From Pocillopora damicornis (Eukaryota), in contig NW_020845923.1 in the NCBI RefSeq assembly GCF_003704095.1, positions 1 through 64,000 of the forward strand: a stretch of 64,000 nt of DNA, written 5' to 3'. Position 1 is the first letter of the stretch, and every line of letters starts with the position of its first letter. Shown here in pieces: positions 38,877-52,400 of this stretch. Under the pieces are notes generated by a model. The model searched no databases. It was not told the origin of the DNA and worked only from the letters and a program-made list of their open reading frames with translations. The translations under genes and the position numbers were made by a program.

Positions 38877-39908
38877 CTATATAAGAATCTTTTGCAACCG
38901 CGCTTCACTATTCAGGATCCTTTTCAGACGATTCGCCATTTGCTTTACAACTACTTCCTTGAAATCATTTAGAAGGTTTACATCAGGTAAACTATAGTGG
39001 GGAAGATTTCCGCTCCTCAGATATAACTGCACTTCTCCAAGAAATCCAAGGAAATGTTTCCCTAAAGCTTCTCTGCTCACCCAGTCTTGGCTATGTTTCT
39101 CTATGTAGTGCATAAAGGCGGTCTTCAGGTAGTAGGAATCTAGTGGTAATGATGTCACCTGCCTCTTAACCACGGTTTTCACGATTCGAAGAAGCTCGTG
39201 CCTACAGCCATGGTCTTGCTGGTCCATGTTCTCAAGTACTTGCTTCTCCTCCAACGAAAACGACTGCCTCCAAAAAACCTTGTGATTGAAAACAAATCTT
39301 TTCCCTTTAAATGGCTTGGGCACATACCAGCTATCATTGACGTGGAAGCAAGGGACGAGATCAACTGATAATAACTTCTCTTTAGATCCTTTCCTAAGAA
39401 TGTCCACCTGGACAGCTGGTCCGTGGGTACGCACAACCAGACGAACGTCAGAGAACGGTTCTTTAGGTTTGATATTATTCACTGCTCGCTGAACGATGCT
39501 TTGGAACCAACGATCTCGAAAGCTCTTAGGGTCAAGATAACCTTCATGACCCAAATACTTGCAGAAAATCGGATCACCTCTTGCCCTTAGACGGACATAC
39601 CCAGGCACTTCGGATGCTATGACCTCGATTTCTGAGCTTGGCGTTCCCAGTACTACCATAATGTCTACTTCATCGGCAGCTTCAGTTTTCAACCTTTCGT
39701 AAAAACTTCCCGTGTACTGTAGATTCAGAATCTGAAGTTCGGACTTCTGTCGACAGAACTCTATGATCTGGTTTTCAATGTAATCGTTGACCAGCGTTCT
39801 GGTGCGAGTCTTGTTTAATTCAGAAATTTTCACATACTTTGCTGAAAAATCACGAAGTTCCTTCGTTAAAGATGTGGCGTCTCCTCTCCTTGCCTTAGCT
39901 AATGCCAT
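38877..39908 (-). CDS. cGAS-like receptor cGLR-3 (343 aa); exon 1 ends at 40843
   Basis: Motifs YTGSFYERLKTEAADEVDIM, SVDLVP, WRQSFS, SYYLKT. Acceptor CAG|AATATG at 39912; donor CAG|GTAAAA at 40842. Confidence 0.94.
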   Translation of the reverse strand: MALAKARRGDATSLTKELRDFSAKYVKISELNKTRTRTLVNDYIENQIIEFCRQKSELQILNLQYTGSFYERLKTEAADEVDIMVVLGTPSSEIEVIASEVPGYVRLRARGDPIFCKYLGHEGYLDPKSFRDRWFQSIVQRAVNNIKPKEPFSDVRLVVRTHGPAVQVDILRKGSKEKLLSVDLVPCFHVNDSWYVPKPFKGKRFVFNHKVFWRQSFSLEEKQVLENMDQQDHGCRHELLRIVKTVVKRQVTSLPLDSYYLKTAFMHYIEKHSQDWVSREALGKHFLGFLGEVQLYLRSGNLPHYSLPDVNLLNDFKEVVVKQMANRLKRILNSEARLQKILI

Positions 39909-41009
39909 ATTCTGATAAATAAAGAAAAAGATCTTGTAAGCATTTATTTCCTTCCTTCATTCTTTCTTTATTTACTTCATTCAGCCGGTTTGAAGCAGCA
40001 CTTTCATAGAGACTCTGATCAAAGTAACCGCGTTTTCATTTGAAATTTGCGTTTTGAACCATCATTCACACTTAATAAAAGCCCAAAACATAAATGGTGG
40101 CAAAACTAATCTATGCCTCCTTCGTGACGTTTATCATTTCCAATACACGGTTCGAAAAAGACTCTATAAGCCTAAATGACGTTACTGCTTAAAAGAGGCT
40201 ATGAAATTACAATTGCATTACTTGCGTGATCTTTGAAACCTTCTACAATCGGAAAACTTAATAACATGCAAGAGGACGGGAAGGGCGTACGAGCATCACG
40301 TGCCAGCTTGGTAAGAAATTAAGCCTACAGACTTCCGGTTTTCTCAGAAAAACATGCAGGTGGTTCTCGGAAAAAGTAATTTTAAATTTATTACGGAGAA
40401 AACTGGTATCCGATACTTATGGATGATTTGTGAATTTAGTAGTTTACAATTAAACACAGTTTCTTTCGCTCCTTGCTAACATCACAACCTTTCTACTCAC
40501 TTGAACGGGATGATCTATTTTTGTTCATTTCAATCTATCTCCCCTGACCACGTAGATTTTTTAATCATAAATAAAAGCATGGACGTGAGAGTTTGTCAGA
40601 CCCGGATGAAGCTAGCTATGATATATGTATTGCGATAGCAGATGTAAACACCTACTGGAAAATATTTAAAGAAGCAAGCTTAAGCCGTGAATGCATTTAC
40701 AATACACAGCGTTTTTCGAGGTTTCGATTCAAGCACAAGGCTTTTATTTCAGACGATAAATATCGTTTCTAACTAAGAGAACTAAAGAAACGTTCTCAGT
40801 ATGTTGATCAATGAACATAAGAGACAATGCTTTCAGTTTTACCTGCTTTTGAAATTTTGCTTCTTAACCACTCCTGTTAAGAGTCTGTTGCTTTGTAATA
40901 GGTGTTGAAGCTTTCTTGAGCGAACTAATCAATACTGGAACCGTGTAATACAGCCTCTAACGTCTAAACTGTGGTGCATTCGGTCCAATTGAAAACTGGA
41001 GGTGAGATG

Positions 41010-41070
41010 GACTTACATATATAAGAACGTGACGTGACAGAATCGAGTCGGGGAATCCCCTGCACCGCAC
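41010..41070 (-). promoter_or_regulatory. cGLR-3 core promoter: kB palindrome GGGGAATCCCC (41050-41060), TGACGT, TATA-like
   Basis: Order on the minus strand is kB, CRE half-sites, TTATATAT, exon 1. Homologous positions at 47595 (GGGATTCTCC on minus) and 53749. Confidence 0.62.
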
Positions 41071-41724
41071 TTTTGTTTTCGATCTAGCTTAAAGTAAAAA
41101 TTGCAGTAAATTTAGGGGAAATTTGAACGAAAAACGTAGAATCTGCCTTCTTGATATATAAATTTAAAAAAAAACCCAAATTCTTCCTTTTAAAAGAATA
41201 TCCCGAGGTACACTCCTCAATAATGCTTGCTAATCACTAATATTTGCTGATGGAAGATCTTTTGTTTTGGTGTTCTGAGCACCATAAATAGAAATCGGTA
41301 AAAACCCCTCCATCTGTTATGCACTGTTTTGCTCTCAAATTTTCCAGTCTTTATTTATTCATGATTTTCGAAATATGTATCATAGAGAAAAAATATAAAC
41401 AGTCACAGTACATTCCTTTTCTTTTTATGACTGAAAAAGTCAATTTTCAAAGGACTTTAAATACAGACTTATAAATAATTATGATTTGTGGTTCGATTGT
41501 TTAACAAATTTTATTTAAAAAATACATTTTGGCAAAAAGTGTTCGGAAAAAGGCAGAAAATTTTTTTTCACGTAAAATTGTCTAAATTATTGCTCCACGA
41601 GGCCAGTTAATGGAAGGAAATTATTACATAAAAGTTTCTGGCTTTCAGGTGGTTGCTTTCAAAGTAGTTGCCAATTATAGTAACCCAACAGATTTGCATG
41701 CGGGCAGGAACATCTTTTGTTTTG

Positions 41725-41989
41725 GAATAGAATAAGAGAGATCTTATTTTTTTAGCTCGGTAAACAAATAGAGAAAGATGTTTTTCGTCTGGTCACGAGC
41801 TTGGGACAAAAATTACCATCTCTTATTCTATTTACAAACATGACGCTATCGACATTGCTGATCCAAGCAGTATGCAGGACGCGTGTGATATGAACTTCGT
41901 AATAGACCTCGCTCACCGTAGAGTCTCATGGGCACTCAGAATGTTTTCCTTGTGCCACGCTCGTGACAAGACGCAAAACATCTCTATTT
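41725..41989 (+). mobile_element. SINE-family fragment with a ~13 bp target-site duplication
   Basis: Flanked by ATCTTTTGTTTTG at ~41712 and ~41990. Absent from the paralogous region near 31580. Same family as 25950-26250. Confidence 0.6.
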
Positions 41990-43397
41990 ATCTTTTGTTT
42001 TGTTTTGTTTTTTTTTTTATGTCTGTCCAAGCGTAACCAGCATGAATTAGGGAAAAACCTCTCACGAAGCAAAACAAGTATTATGCCATAATGAAACCAT
42101 TATCTTCTAGATTATAATATGATAAATACAGGTGTTTTTTCCCTTTAGGAGTTTCAGAAGAAAAACCCAGGATATTTAAAATCTTAAATCGAGCCCTCGT
42201 GAAAAAATTCTTCAACATTATTCTGTAATCGTACAAACGTCTTTCTGTTTTTTGCTTTTTATTGAAGTAGTAATGATAGAATTAATTCGCACAAGGGAAA
42301 ATCTCCAACGCCACGGATTTTCAGCTTTAATTATCAAACTTATGAATGACCTGGAAAGCTAACTCACGGCTAAAGCTTCAATAAGAATAATGAAAAAAAA
42401 GAGAGAAATCAATAAAGAAAAAAAAATGAAGGGAAAAAAAGGTTGAACTGATTGATATGTCTGAGTAAATTTACTTCAAGTTTGCGAGCATCTTTTCTGT
42501 TGCAACAAATCATGATTCGGCTTGGACATTTTAAGTTACCGTATCAGGATAGGTGGTAGAAAGTGTTATTTGTAAAAGAATTTGATTTTTGTTTTTTGTT
42601 TGTTTTTTTTTGTTTCTTTTGTAATCATATGTGATATAACCGCAATCTTAGTCGCCCGATTTCTGAAGGACTTTGTTGTGACAGTTTTTAGTTGCGGATC
42701 TGGTTGGTAGAAGATGGCAAGTCATTGAAGTAAAAGTAAAACAGCCATTTTTTTGCAAAAGATGAAAAAGGGAACATGCTATACACTTCCAGTATTGTGT
42801 TCACATCACCTGGGTTGTGTATATTTTTTGACTCTGACTCAGAAATAAATTGAGGGATTCAAACTCGATGAAATTTCTGTACCAGAAATCAGAGTGGCTC
42901 GTATGTCTGTGGGACATTTCACTAATTACCATTATGAAATCATGGTTTACTACCAGGGAAGATTTCACAACGTTAACAAATGTTTCTGGTCCGCCATGTT
43001 TGTTCGTCAACATATAGTTTAGTATTATCAACTGAGCTGATAACGTAAATTGGCCAATTTACCAACTCAGTTGACCAAATTACTATGTTACACTCTCCCA
43101 CCGACGAAACAACCACTGTTACTTTGGAAACTTACCCTCCTTCTTTATATATTTTGTCAACCATATTTGAACTTTCATCGTCCACATGACTATAGATTGG
43201 AGTGTTAAACCTGCATGTGTTACAAGACATCTACTTAAAGATAAAAACGATTTGGTAAGTCAGCCACAAACCAAATCTCTGCCAAAAACGATTTTTTGGG
43301 GGGTTTATAACTAGCCCCTTACCAAAAAAATGTGCAGCTCGAGTTCGGTAAAATGGTACATATCGCTGACAACGCGAAAAAGGCAGGGTGGTCGAAG

Positions 43398-44411
43398 CTA
43401 TTCAAGAATTTTGTTTAACCTTTTTTCGCTTTCCAGAATCCTTCTCAAACGATTTTCCATCTGCTTGACAACTTCTTCCTTAAAATCATCCAGAAGGTTT
43501 GCATCAGGTAGGAAATAGTGGGGAAGACTTCTCCTTTCCATATGAATCCGTAATGTCTCTAGGAAGTTAAGGAAATGCTTTCCTAACGCGTCTCCGCTCG
43601 CCCAATCTTTGCCTCCTCCGTAAATGTAGTGCATAAAGGCGTTTTTCAAGTAAAAGGAATCCATTGGTAAAGATGTCTCCGGTCTTTTCATCACGGTCTT
43701 CACGATTCGGAGAAGCTCGTGCCTGCAGCCATGGTCTCCCCTGTCCATCAACTGTAAAACTTGCTTCTCCTCTACCGAAAACGACTGCCTCCAAAAAAGA
43801 AGCTTTGGTTCCGACACAAATCGTTTCCCTTTCAGAGGCTTGGGCACATAATATTTACCTTCCACTTGGAAGCAAGGGACGAGATCAACTGATAAAATTT
43901 TTTTAATGTCTAACAGCACAGCTGGTCCGTGGTTACGCAAAACCACAGGAACTTCAGAATATGGTGGTTTAGCGTGAATATAATTCACTGCTCGCTGAAC
44001 GAGACCGAACCAAAGATCTCGGATGCGTTTGGGGCTAATAAATCCATTATCCCACGCATATTTACGTACCACTGAGCTTTCTTTTGCCATGAGAAGGACA
44101 TACCCGGGCACATCGGATTCTATTACCGTGATTTCTGCTGTTTGCGTTCTAAATACTATCATGATATCTACTTCATCAGCGGCTTCAGTCTTCAGCCTCT
44201 CGTAAAAACTGCCAGTGTACTCCAGTTTTAGTATCTGAATCTTAGAATTCTCCCGACAATACATTATGATCTTGTCTTCAATATATTCTTTGACCAACTT
44301 TCTGACGAGAGTCATGTCTTCCTCAGAAATCTTGACGTACTTTACGGAGAAATCACGAAGTTTCTTCGTTAAAGTAAGAGCGTCTTCTTCCCTCGCCTCG
44401 GCCTCTGCCAT
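43398..44411 (-). CDS. cGAS-like receptor cGLR-4; likely start MAEAEAREED at 44411
   Basis: Motifs YTGSFYERLKTEAADEVDIM, HGPAVLLDIKKILSVDLVP (shortened loop), WRQSFS, SFYLKN. Acceptor CAG|ATAATG at 44415; candidate donor CAG|GTAAG at 47224. Confidence 0.93.
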   Translation of the reverse strand: MAEAEAREEDALTLTKKLRDFSVKYVKISEEDMTLVRKLVKEYIEDKIIMYCRENSKIQILKLEYTGSFYERLKTEAADEVDIMIVFRTQTAEITVIESDVPGYVLLMAKESSVVRKYAWDNGFISPKRIRDLWFGLVQRAVNYIHAKPPYSEVPVVLRNHGPAVLLDIKKILSVDLVPCFQVEGKYYVPKPLKGKRFVSEPKLLFWRQSFSVEEKQVLQLMDRGDHGCRHELLRIVKTVMKRPETSLPMDSFYLKNAFMHYIYGGGKDWASGDALGKHFLNFLETLRIHMERRSLPHYFLPDANLLDDFKEEVVKQMENRLRRILESEKRLNKILE

Positions 44412-44764
44412 TATCTGATGCATCAGTGATGAAAACGTTATTAATTATTTTAAAAATTAGCATTAGGGGTTGTCATTAACACAAGCTGAGTCAGCGTGCA
44501 TAGGAAGTAATTACAGACCCCTAACCACAGTAATCATTATTGACACTTTTCTCTTCTTCTTCCAGTCCTGTCTTCCTTCCTTATCTACTCTCCTCTAATT
44601 TAAAGGCCCATTTCCAACCATGATGCAACGCGCGCTACGACCCAATCTCCTGTAACACGAAATTCCCAGATCACTGAAAAACCTTCTAAAATCTTCTTTC
44701 TCAAGAGCCATCCTGGACATATAGTCAACTGTTGATTAATAACTAAACCAGACGTTTAGTTATT

Positions 44765-45160
44765 CGAAGACCGTGTCCGGTAGTGTCCGGTGAAAATTTT
44801 CTTAGTGTCACTCTTGGATCTCTTCGCACTCTGTGCTCAAGGTTAGCAAAACGGACAATGTTGGAATTTTTTCACTTTCTTGAAGCGCTTGAGGATTGTA
44901 AATGAAGATAGAATATTTTCCAACGAAAAATTGGTATATTTCAAAGAGAAATATGGAGTCATTTGAGGACCGTGTCCAGTCGTGTCATTGGAAAGTTTTT
45001 AAGTGTCAAGCGTTTGGATGGCTTCGTACTTTGTATACAGGGTTAGCGAAAAACGTCAAGTTCGAAATTTAAGGCTGCCTGGAAGCGCTTGAGGATAGTA
45101 AATAAAGGTAGAACATTTTCGTATAAATATTTTTTGGATTTCGAAGAGAAATATGGAAAA
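44765..45160 (+). repeat. Two ~200 bp tandem units inside a probable TE in the cGLR-4 upstream/intron region
   Basis: GACCGTGTCC...AGTGTCA...GAAGCGCTTGAGGAT...TCAAAGAGAAATATGGA repeated at ~44769 and ~44968. Confidence 0.7.
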
Positions 45161-48100
45161 ATATCGGACTGCCGGACGTTTTTTTAAGACAAATAAAGAC
45201 GATTTACCTGTTGAAACTAGACGCTCCCGGAGCGTTTACTCGGGCTTCGTATCGGACTATCTAATCGTACTTTACAAGTATCGAACACAGTAAAAACGAA
45301 GAGTCTTGATTTTTTCAACATCTGAGGTGTTCGTCTGGGCATCATAGTCATCATAGTTCGTTGTTCAAGGAGTCAGAAGTCGTAGTTTTGTCAATGTTTT
45401 CGTAGTTTGAACTCTTATATGGTTTAATGGTTATCTCATGAGAACTAGTATGAACTTTGTTAATTTGGCTATCTTTCAAGCTGTAAAATTCGTGGACCGA
45501 CCGTGGACTTTCTGGTCTTTTGGATCCCACGCACCACCATGACCACGAAGTCGACAAAACTAACACAGAAGGTCATAGTCCTTGTGCAAATATTAACTTT
45601 ATCAACTTATGCCTATTGTGTCACGATTGTTTGGACCTACCACGAAGATCTAAGACATCCAAGGTCAAGCAAAGCTTAGCAAAGGACGTAAAAGACAAGA
45701 ACACTGTCACAGCTGCCCTGGTTTATTGAATTTTGTCAAGACTCTATTTACTTTGAATGTCTGGTACCCTTCTAGGTCAAAGAGCGCTCACTTATCACGG
45801 AAATCTGATTAGTAAGTCTTGTAAATCACGCGTCAAGCACTTGTAAAAATAACAAATCACGCATCATGTTGTGATGTCCGGTCCCGCATCACGCGGATAG
45901 CTTGGGTCAAATCACGCGTCACCCAGCAAATTTTGGAGCCATCACGCGTCACGCAATAACCCTTTGCCATCCTCCAAGCACTGTCCACCAACTTCACTCG
46001 GAATAACTGCAAGCCTATGACTCGTTTAGCTGTTTATGTTGCAATATAATTGGTTTGGGATTTTACAGTACTCGTGGTAATGTGGAGATGGTGTATCGGG
46101 CTGAACTGGTTCGAAACGTCAGAGTTTTGAATTATCAGCAGAGATACAGACGTCAGTATAATGACTGTGACAAATTGTAAGTAGGACTTACTAGTTTTGC
46201 TGAGCTACTAGTGAAATGCCATTGAGGAAAGAGTTCGTTACATCACCTCCTACATCACCGATTCTACGAACTGGCTGTTCTCTAGACATGCATAATTTTG
46301 CTCTAGGAAACGGAGCTTTTCAAAACCGTTTCTGAAAGTATCTTCACAGAATAGAACCATTTTTGATAAAAAATGCAGTTTTCGCTGAAATTAAATTAAA
46401 TGCGGAAATATTTTAATCTCGCTCTCTCGTTCTTAATTCTACACTGTAAGCGTATTAAAATATATTTTGGACACTGGTTTCGGAATCCGTGGTTGAACTG
46501 TCAGCACAATCGAACCGAAATTTGCATAATAGAAAGCGACAGTACAAACGATATACAAAACTGAATCTGGAAAACGTTCATTAAACTACTTACCACTGTG
46601 TCAATGAAGGTGAGCTTTTTCGCTATGTCAATTGCGAAGGGAACCGAGAGGATTTGTATTGTTGATGATCGAAAAATGCGATCAAAACGACTTCGGGCTT
46701 CCATTTATTATCACGAATACAATCGGAGTCAGTTTGCTAGCGAATGCCCATCGAAAAACTACTAGCACGAGCGATACGTTACGTTATGTTCAATTTGCGA
46801 CTTCTAACGCTTTTTTCTCTATGTAAATATATTTTTTCTTTTCTATTAAAATCGAATTCCCACATAATACGAGGATTCAGAAATTCGAACCAAAGGTGAT
46901 AATAAACAATGGCTACCCTTTCGTTTCTGTCGAAGGACAGTTGATTCGATGCGCTATTCAAAACTTTTGAAACGGCAGTACATGTCGACTAGTATGAATG
47001 AATTGACCTTGTATAAGAAATTGACTGGTTCGAATAATAAGTAACGTAGGGTGACGTGCTGATCCTTTTGACCACAATAATAAGTCTGCTTCGCAGTAAT
47101 CATGGCGTTTCTAAAACTATAAGACACTATAGCCCTGTTTAGCTAACTCAACTCGACAAAGGCACCACTGAATTGGGGTCTCTCCTCGAAAGGGTATATC
47201 AGAGTGCAATGATCCATAGCTTACCTGATCTTTTGTTGCGGCGTACATCGCAAAATATGAGTAAAGGGGAGAGCTTGCAATTCAATAGGCCCTGCGTGTC
47301 AGCCTAGTAAATAGGAAGTATGCAAATCAAACAGTACTTCCGGTTTTCTCAGAAAGATATGTGATTGTCAGAACACAATTTTGTTTTATTGGAAGTAATT
47401 ACAAAAGTATGATATGTCGCGGCAGCAAGGTACTTTTATTAACATGGAAATCTACTTCCTCTCAAAAAGTTCTTCTAAGCATCTGCGATTTATTGTGGAA
47501 AACAAAACTGCTGCCCATTCTACGCAACTTATAGGCTACGAATAAAAGTGAAACAGACATGAATGGAAAGGCATGAAGAAATGGAAGGCAAGCCGGAGAA
47601 TCCCTTGCGTCGCAGTTTTACTTTCCTATCCAGAACAAAATCTTGCAACGGATTTTTCTTAGATTTAAACGAAAAATGGGGGTAGAATCTGCTTTCTCGC
47701 TGCATAAACTTTTTCAAAAGAACGCTTGATGGGTCTGTTACGAAGGATATGTTTAGGTATCTGCGTGAAAAGTATTTGAATGTTCGGAAGCCGTTTTGCT
47801 TTCGTGTCGAGTGTTCTATGCATAGAAACCCGACAACTTTTACGTCACGTGTTTCAGTCACAAAGCGTACATCATATGATCCCTTTTATTATTATTACTT
47901 AGCTTCATTCCAACTACAGAAACAGGATCTATAAAGCGGACAATACAATACTAATACAATCTACGATACTATACGTACAGCAATACTACTAACTACGTTA
48001 CCTAACCTACAATACTGCTATTTTTTAATTATAATATTACTAATTACGTTGCGTTACTAGCGATACAGCTAGTTAAGTTACGTTACTTATGAAATTACTA

Positions 48101-49428
48101 ATTACTTAACGTTACTTAAAACGTACACTTTTTAATGCACTCTACATTACTAGTGGACGCTAATTACCCTAATTCTTACCCTTTTGTCCTACATAGCGTT
48201 AAAAGCGGGAAAAAAAAGCCAACAAGGAAGAAAGAAAAACAAAAGCAGAACACATTTACACCATAAACTTTACAATGCTTTTTTTTAAAAAATATGATTA
48301 TTAGCAAGCGAGGTTGAACATTACTGAACGTCTTCAAAACAACAGCATTGTGTTGATATGTCATAGGCGAAACAAGATTTTGATCTAATTACGAGGAATA
48401 TTTCTTTAAAAGTTATTTAAAGGAAAAATCATTTGGAAAACCAGTACTTGCACGCTAATGTAATGTTCTTGAAATTTAACTAACAAGAGCACTCGAAAAA
48501 AATTTATCCAGATGCTTTTTCGCCTCGTTGGACGGATTAAAGGCAAACGATATGCCACACAGGGATAAATTTCCAATAGCGCGTTTTAAATCTTGAATTG
48601 CATTGTAAAATACCAGTAAATGACCTGGAAAGCTACCTCATTAATTTAGCCTTATCAAATATGGATGAATGAATAGAAACAAAATTGAAAAAGAAAAGAA
48701 CGGATGAAAAAAATGATAATAGCATTTGATGAGCCATGCGGGAGTCACAATACAATTGCTTTCATTTAGAAGATATGATTGAAGAAATGTCTCCAAGAAT
48801 AAATGAGCGTGTAAGATGTCAGATTTCAACAAACACTAAATAATACCTCTAGATATAGGACAGTTGCTGGTCCACTTGCGGAAATGAATTCCACTTGCAC
48901 GACAGCACAAGTTAAACTACGAAGTCACTTTTTTGTCTGTTTATTTTCCATTTGTTTGTTTAATGCTAGGGGACAACTGTCTACCGTCAAATAACCAATC
49001 TTTTTTTTTTTCTCACCTTAAGCGTGCCAATGAATGTGGAATTTGTACCAGGAAAAAAAAATGAGAACAAAGATTGAAGAATAATTGTTAGCTACCCGTC
49101 GTTTGGTCTCTAGAAAGAAAAACTATTCAATTCTGCTTTGCTATCAATGATTTTTTAATAACGGTAAGACATTTCCCTATATTAATTTCGTTGTGTTCAG
49201 ATGCCAGGTAACCAAACACAAAATGAATATAGGTTGGATCGGTAAACCACCTTACAAGGTGATAGGGAACAAAATAATATGGTGAATAAACTTAAAATTT
49301 GATGTCCTCCAAGGGACATGTTCTGGCGTTTAAATTTAGCCATTTCCAAAATCGATAATCGAAAGTTCAATAAAATGATAGATAGCTTTGATTGAACGAG
49401 AGAGACAGACATGGCAGAGTCATGAAGG

Positions 49429-52400
49429 CTATTCGAGTATCTTGTTCAGCCTTACTTCGCTGTTTAGGATCCTTCTTAAACGATTCGCCATCTGCTGGAC
49501 AACCCCTCCCTTGAAATCATCCAGAACGTTAACATTATCCAACCAACGGTGGGGAAGATTTCTGCTCGCCATATAAATCTGTAATTCTGTAAGAAATCCA
49601 AAGAAATTTCTCCCCAACGCGTCTTTACTCCAGTCCAGGCCTTTCCTTTCGATATAGTGCATAAAGGCGGTCTTCAAGTGGTATGAATCCAGTGGTAAAG
49701 ATGTCACTGGCCTCTTGACTACGGTCTTCACGATTCGAAGGAGCTCGTGCCTACAGCCTCGGTCTTCCCTGTCCATGGACTCTAGTACTTGCTTCTCCTG
49801 TAACGAAAACGACTGCCTCCAAAGAAACTCATCATTAGACACAAATCGCTTCCCTTTAAAAGGCTTGGGCACATACCAGCTACCCTCGACTTCGAAGCTA
49901 GGGACGAGATCAACTGATAAAAGCTTCTCATCAGAGATTCCTTTCCTGAAAATGTCCACCTGGACAGCTGGTCCGTGACTACGCACATCCAGACGAACCT
50001 CAGAGTATGGCGATTTTGGTTTAACCTTATTCTTTGCTTGGTGAACAAGACTGTGGAACCAGCTATTTCGAAGCTTCTTGGCATTAATGTAGCCTTCTGT
50101 ACTTAAATACTTCTCGAACATTTGGGCATTTCTTGCTCTGAGACGGACGTACCCGGGAAATTTGGATTGGATGACTTCGATCCTTGTACCTTGTGGTGTT
50201 TTCAGTATTACCATGATGTCGGCCTCATCAGCAGCTTCAGTCTTTAAACCCTCGTAAAAGCTGCCGGTATACTCCAGCTTTAGTATTTCAATCATGGAAT
50301 TGTCTCGGCAGTACGATATGATCTGGCCTTCAATGTAGTCTTTGACCAACGTCCTGGCACGAGTACTGGTTTCTTCAGAAATCTTCACATAATCTTCGGA
50401 GAAACTTCGAAGTTTCTTCGTTAAAGATGAGGCGTCTATAATCTAATGCATGAAGAGAACGATATTTGAGTAAACCGATGCTGAAAGATGGAAATAAGGG
50501 AGATGGGAGACGATATTGATGGCGTTAAGTAGTGAAATCGCGTTATTTCCTAGAGGAATTTATGTTAAGTGTCGGGCGTTCGTGCGGAGAGGAATGGACA
50601 TCCAGGTAGATGTCATATGACGTAAGAAAAAAACCATGTGCTAGAGAGAACCGAGCGATAAAAAAGTTGTGAGGATAATCCTATGTTCAGTTGGTAAAGA
50701 ATACACGTGGAAAACCTAAAACCGTGTGGATATTCTGTGTAACAATGGCTTCTAAGAAAATTTTATCTAGTACTCTCTTATGTATGCGAGCTCAGTCAGA
50801 GGGTCCAACATAGGTTTGGCGGGATGTAAGATAAGGCTTAAAATCGAGGCGGGATGTGGGATATGAGGCATTTTAAAGACCGGATACAGGATGAAAATAG
50901 GAGGGCAAGACCGTTATATGTTCCGTTTCGAAGACAGGATAGGGAATAGGAAGGGTACAGACAGGATTATAATTTAGCTAACGAGTCACACGACCTCAGA
51001 GACATAAATTGGGCTTAACCGGCCTAAATGACCCCGTAGTACGTCCTATTTTCTCTTTATTTGCTACAAGTGCTTGTATGCCTTCACGGCTCCAAATTAG
51101 TACGTTTTAATTTTGCTGTCACGATTATTTCTTTGAATAAACGCCCATTTCTGTATGATATAATCGATTCTTTTTGAAGACGCCACATAGCAATGGTTGT
51201 TGTTTGTTTTTCCCTGCTGGAGGAGGGCGCGTTTACGTCCTTCAAATTTCACTTCTTATGGTGTGTTGTTAATTAAGTTTTTCGGGTTACTTCTTTGTTC
51301 AAAACAACCTCTTCCAAATGTATTTTGAACAAATTTTTGCTTTGAAGAATAAGTCCTGAGGAGTCGTAACGCCTCGCCTTTAGCAAAGCGTTTCTTTGCT
51401 TCCGGTGGGTGACACGTTGTGTATGAATTGGAATGTTTTTCATTGGAATGTCATTCCGGTGAAAAATTCTCGTACGCAGTGCATACTATGTTCATTTTCT
51501 CAGCTCGTAATATATTTGTCATGATAAGCTCGGAACGTGTATTGAAATGAGAAAGGTTTGTTTTGTTTTTCTGTGAACTTCATGAAGTTTGTTGTATCTT
51601 TGAGATATGACTTCTACTGTTTACCGATCGGCAGAAGAATTTGATCGCTTTTCTGTTGGTCCGCCTGAGTTTTTGTATATCACCCATAAATACTAAAACA
51701 CACCAAAGAACTACCGTTTTTTCGAGCTGGCTAAATATGCTTTAAGCAAGTCCTTGCGGTTCTCCACAAACAGGAGATCGGGAGTACATTATCAAAATTG
51801 TTGAGGCTACAATTTGTCCATCAGTTTAGATCAGGCGGGGAACTATAGAAACTTGGGTTTAACCAGGCGTGATCGAGATGAATTGTTCATTGCGGCGGGA
51901 TGGAAAGAAAAGCGGCAGGATGCGGAATTGGGAAAGTGTATTTTGGACCCTCGAGTCAGTGTGGTGGGTTCCTTTTACTTGACAAATTGACCGCAATTTT
52001 CCTTTGTATATAACCTAATTGATCATAGAAATGACGCCATCAAAGTTCAAACCACGAGTTTTTGCAAAATTAAGGTAATTAATTCTATTTTACTATATCT
52101 ACTCTATTTTCGACCAACATCCACTCTAAAGCGCACAAAAACGCAGAAGTTTACAAAGGCCTTTATTGCGCAGTATTCCGCTAACTTCCGCTACATGACT
52201 TTAGAGTTTCTGAACCCTTCTGAAACCATTTTCCGAAAGTCTCTCGCCAAAATACCAACATTTTTATGGAGAAAGCGCAATTTTCCAAACGAACAGCTAA
52301 CGCAATTTATTCTAGGAGTAAATCTCCCTCTCTTCTTATGCAGTATTGAGATAGTGAGACTATTGGTTTTAAAAGATAAATGTTGATATTCCAAGCCGAA

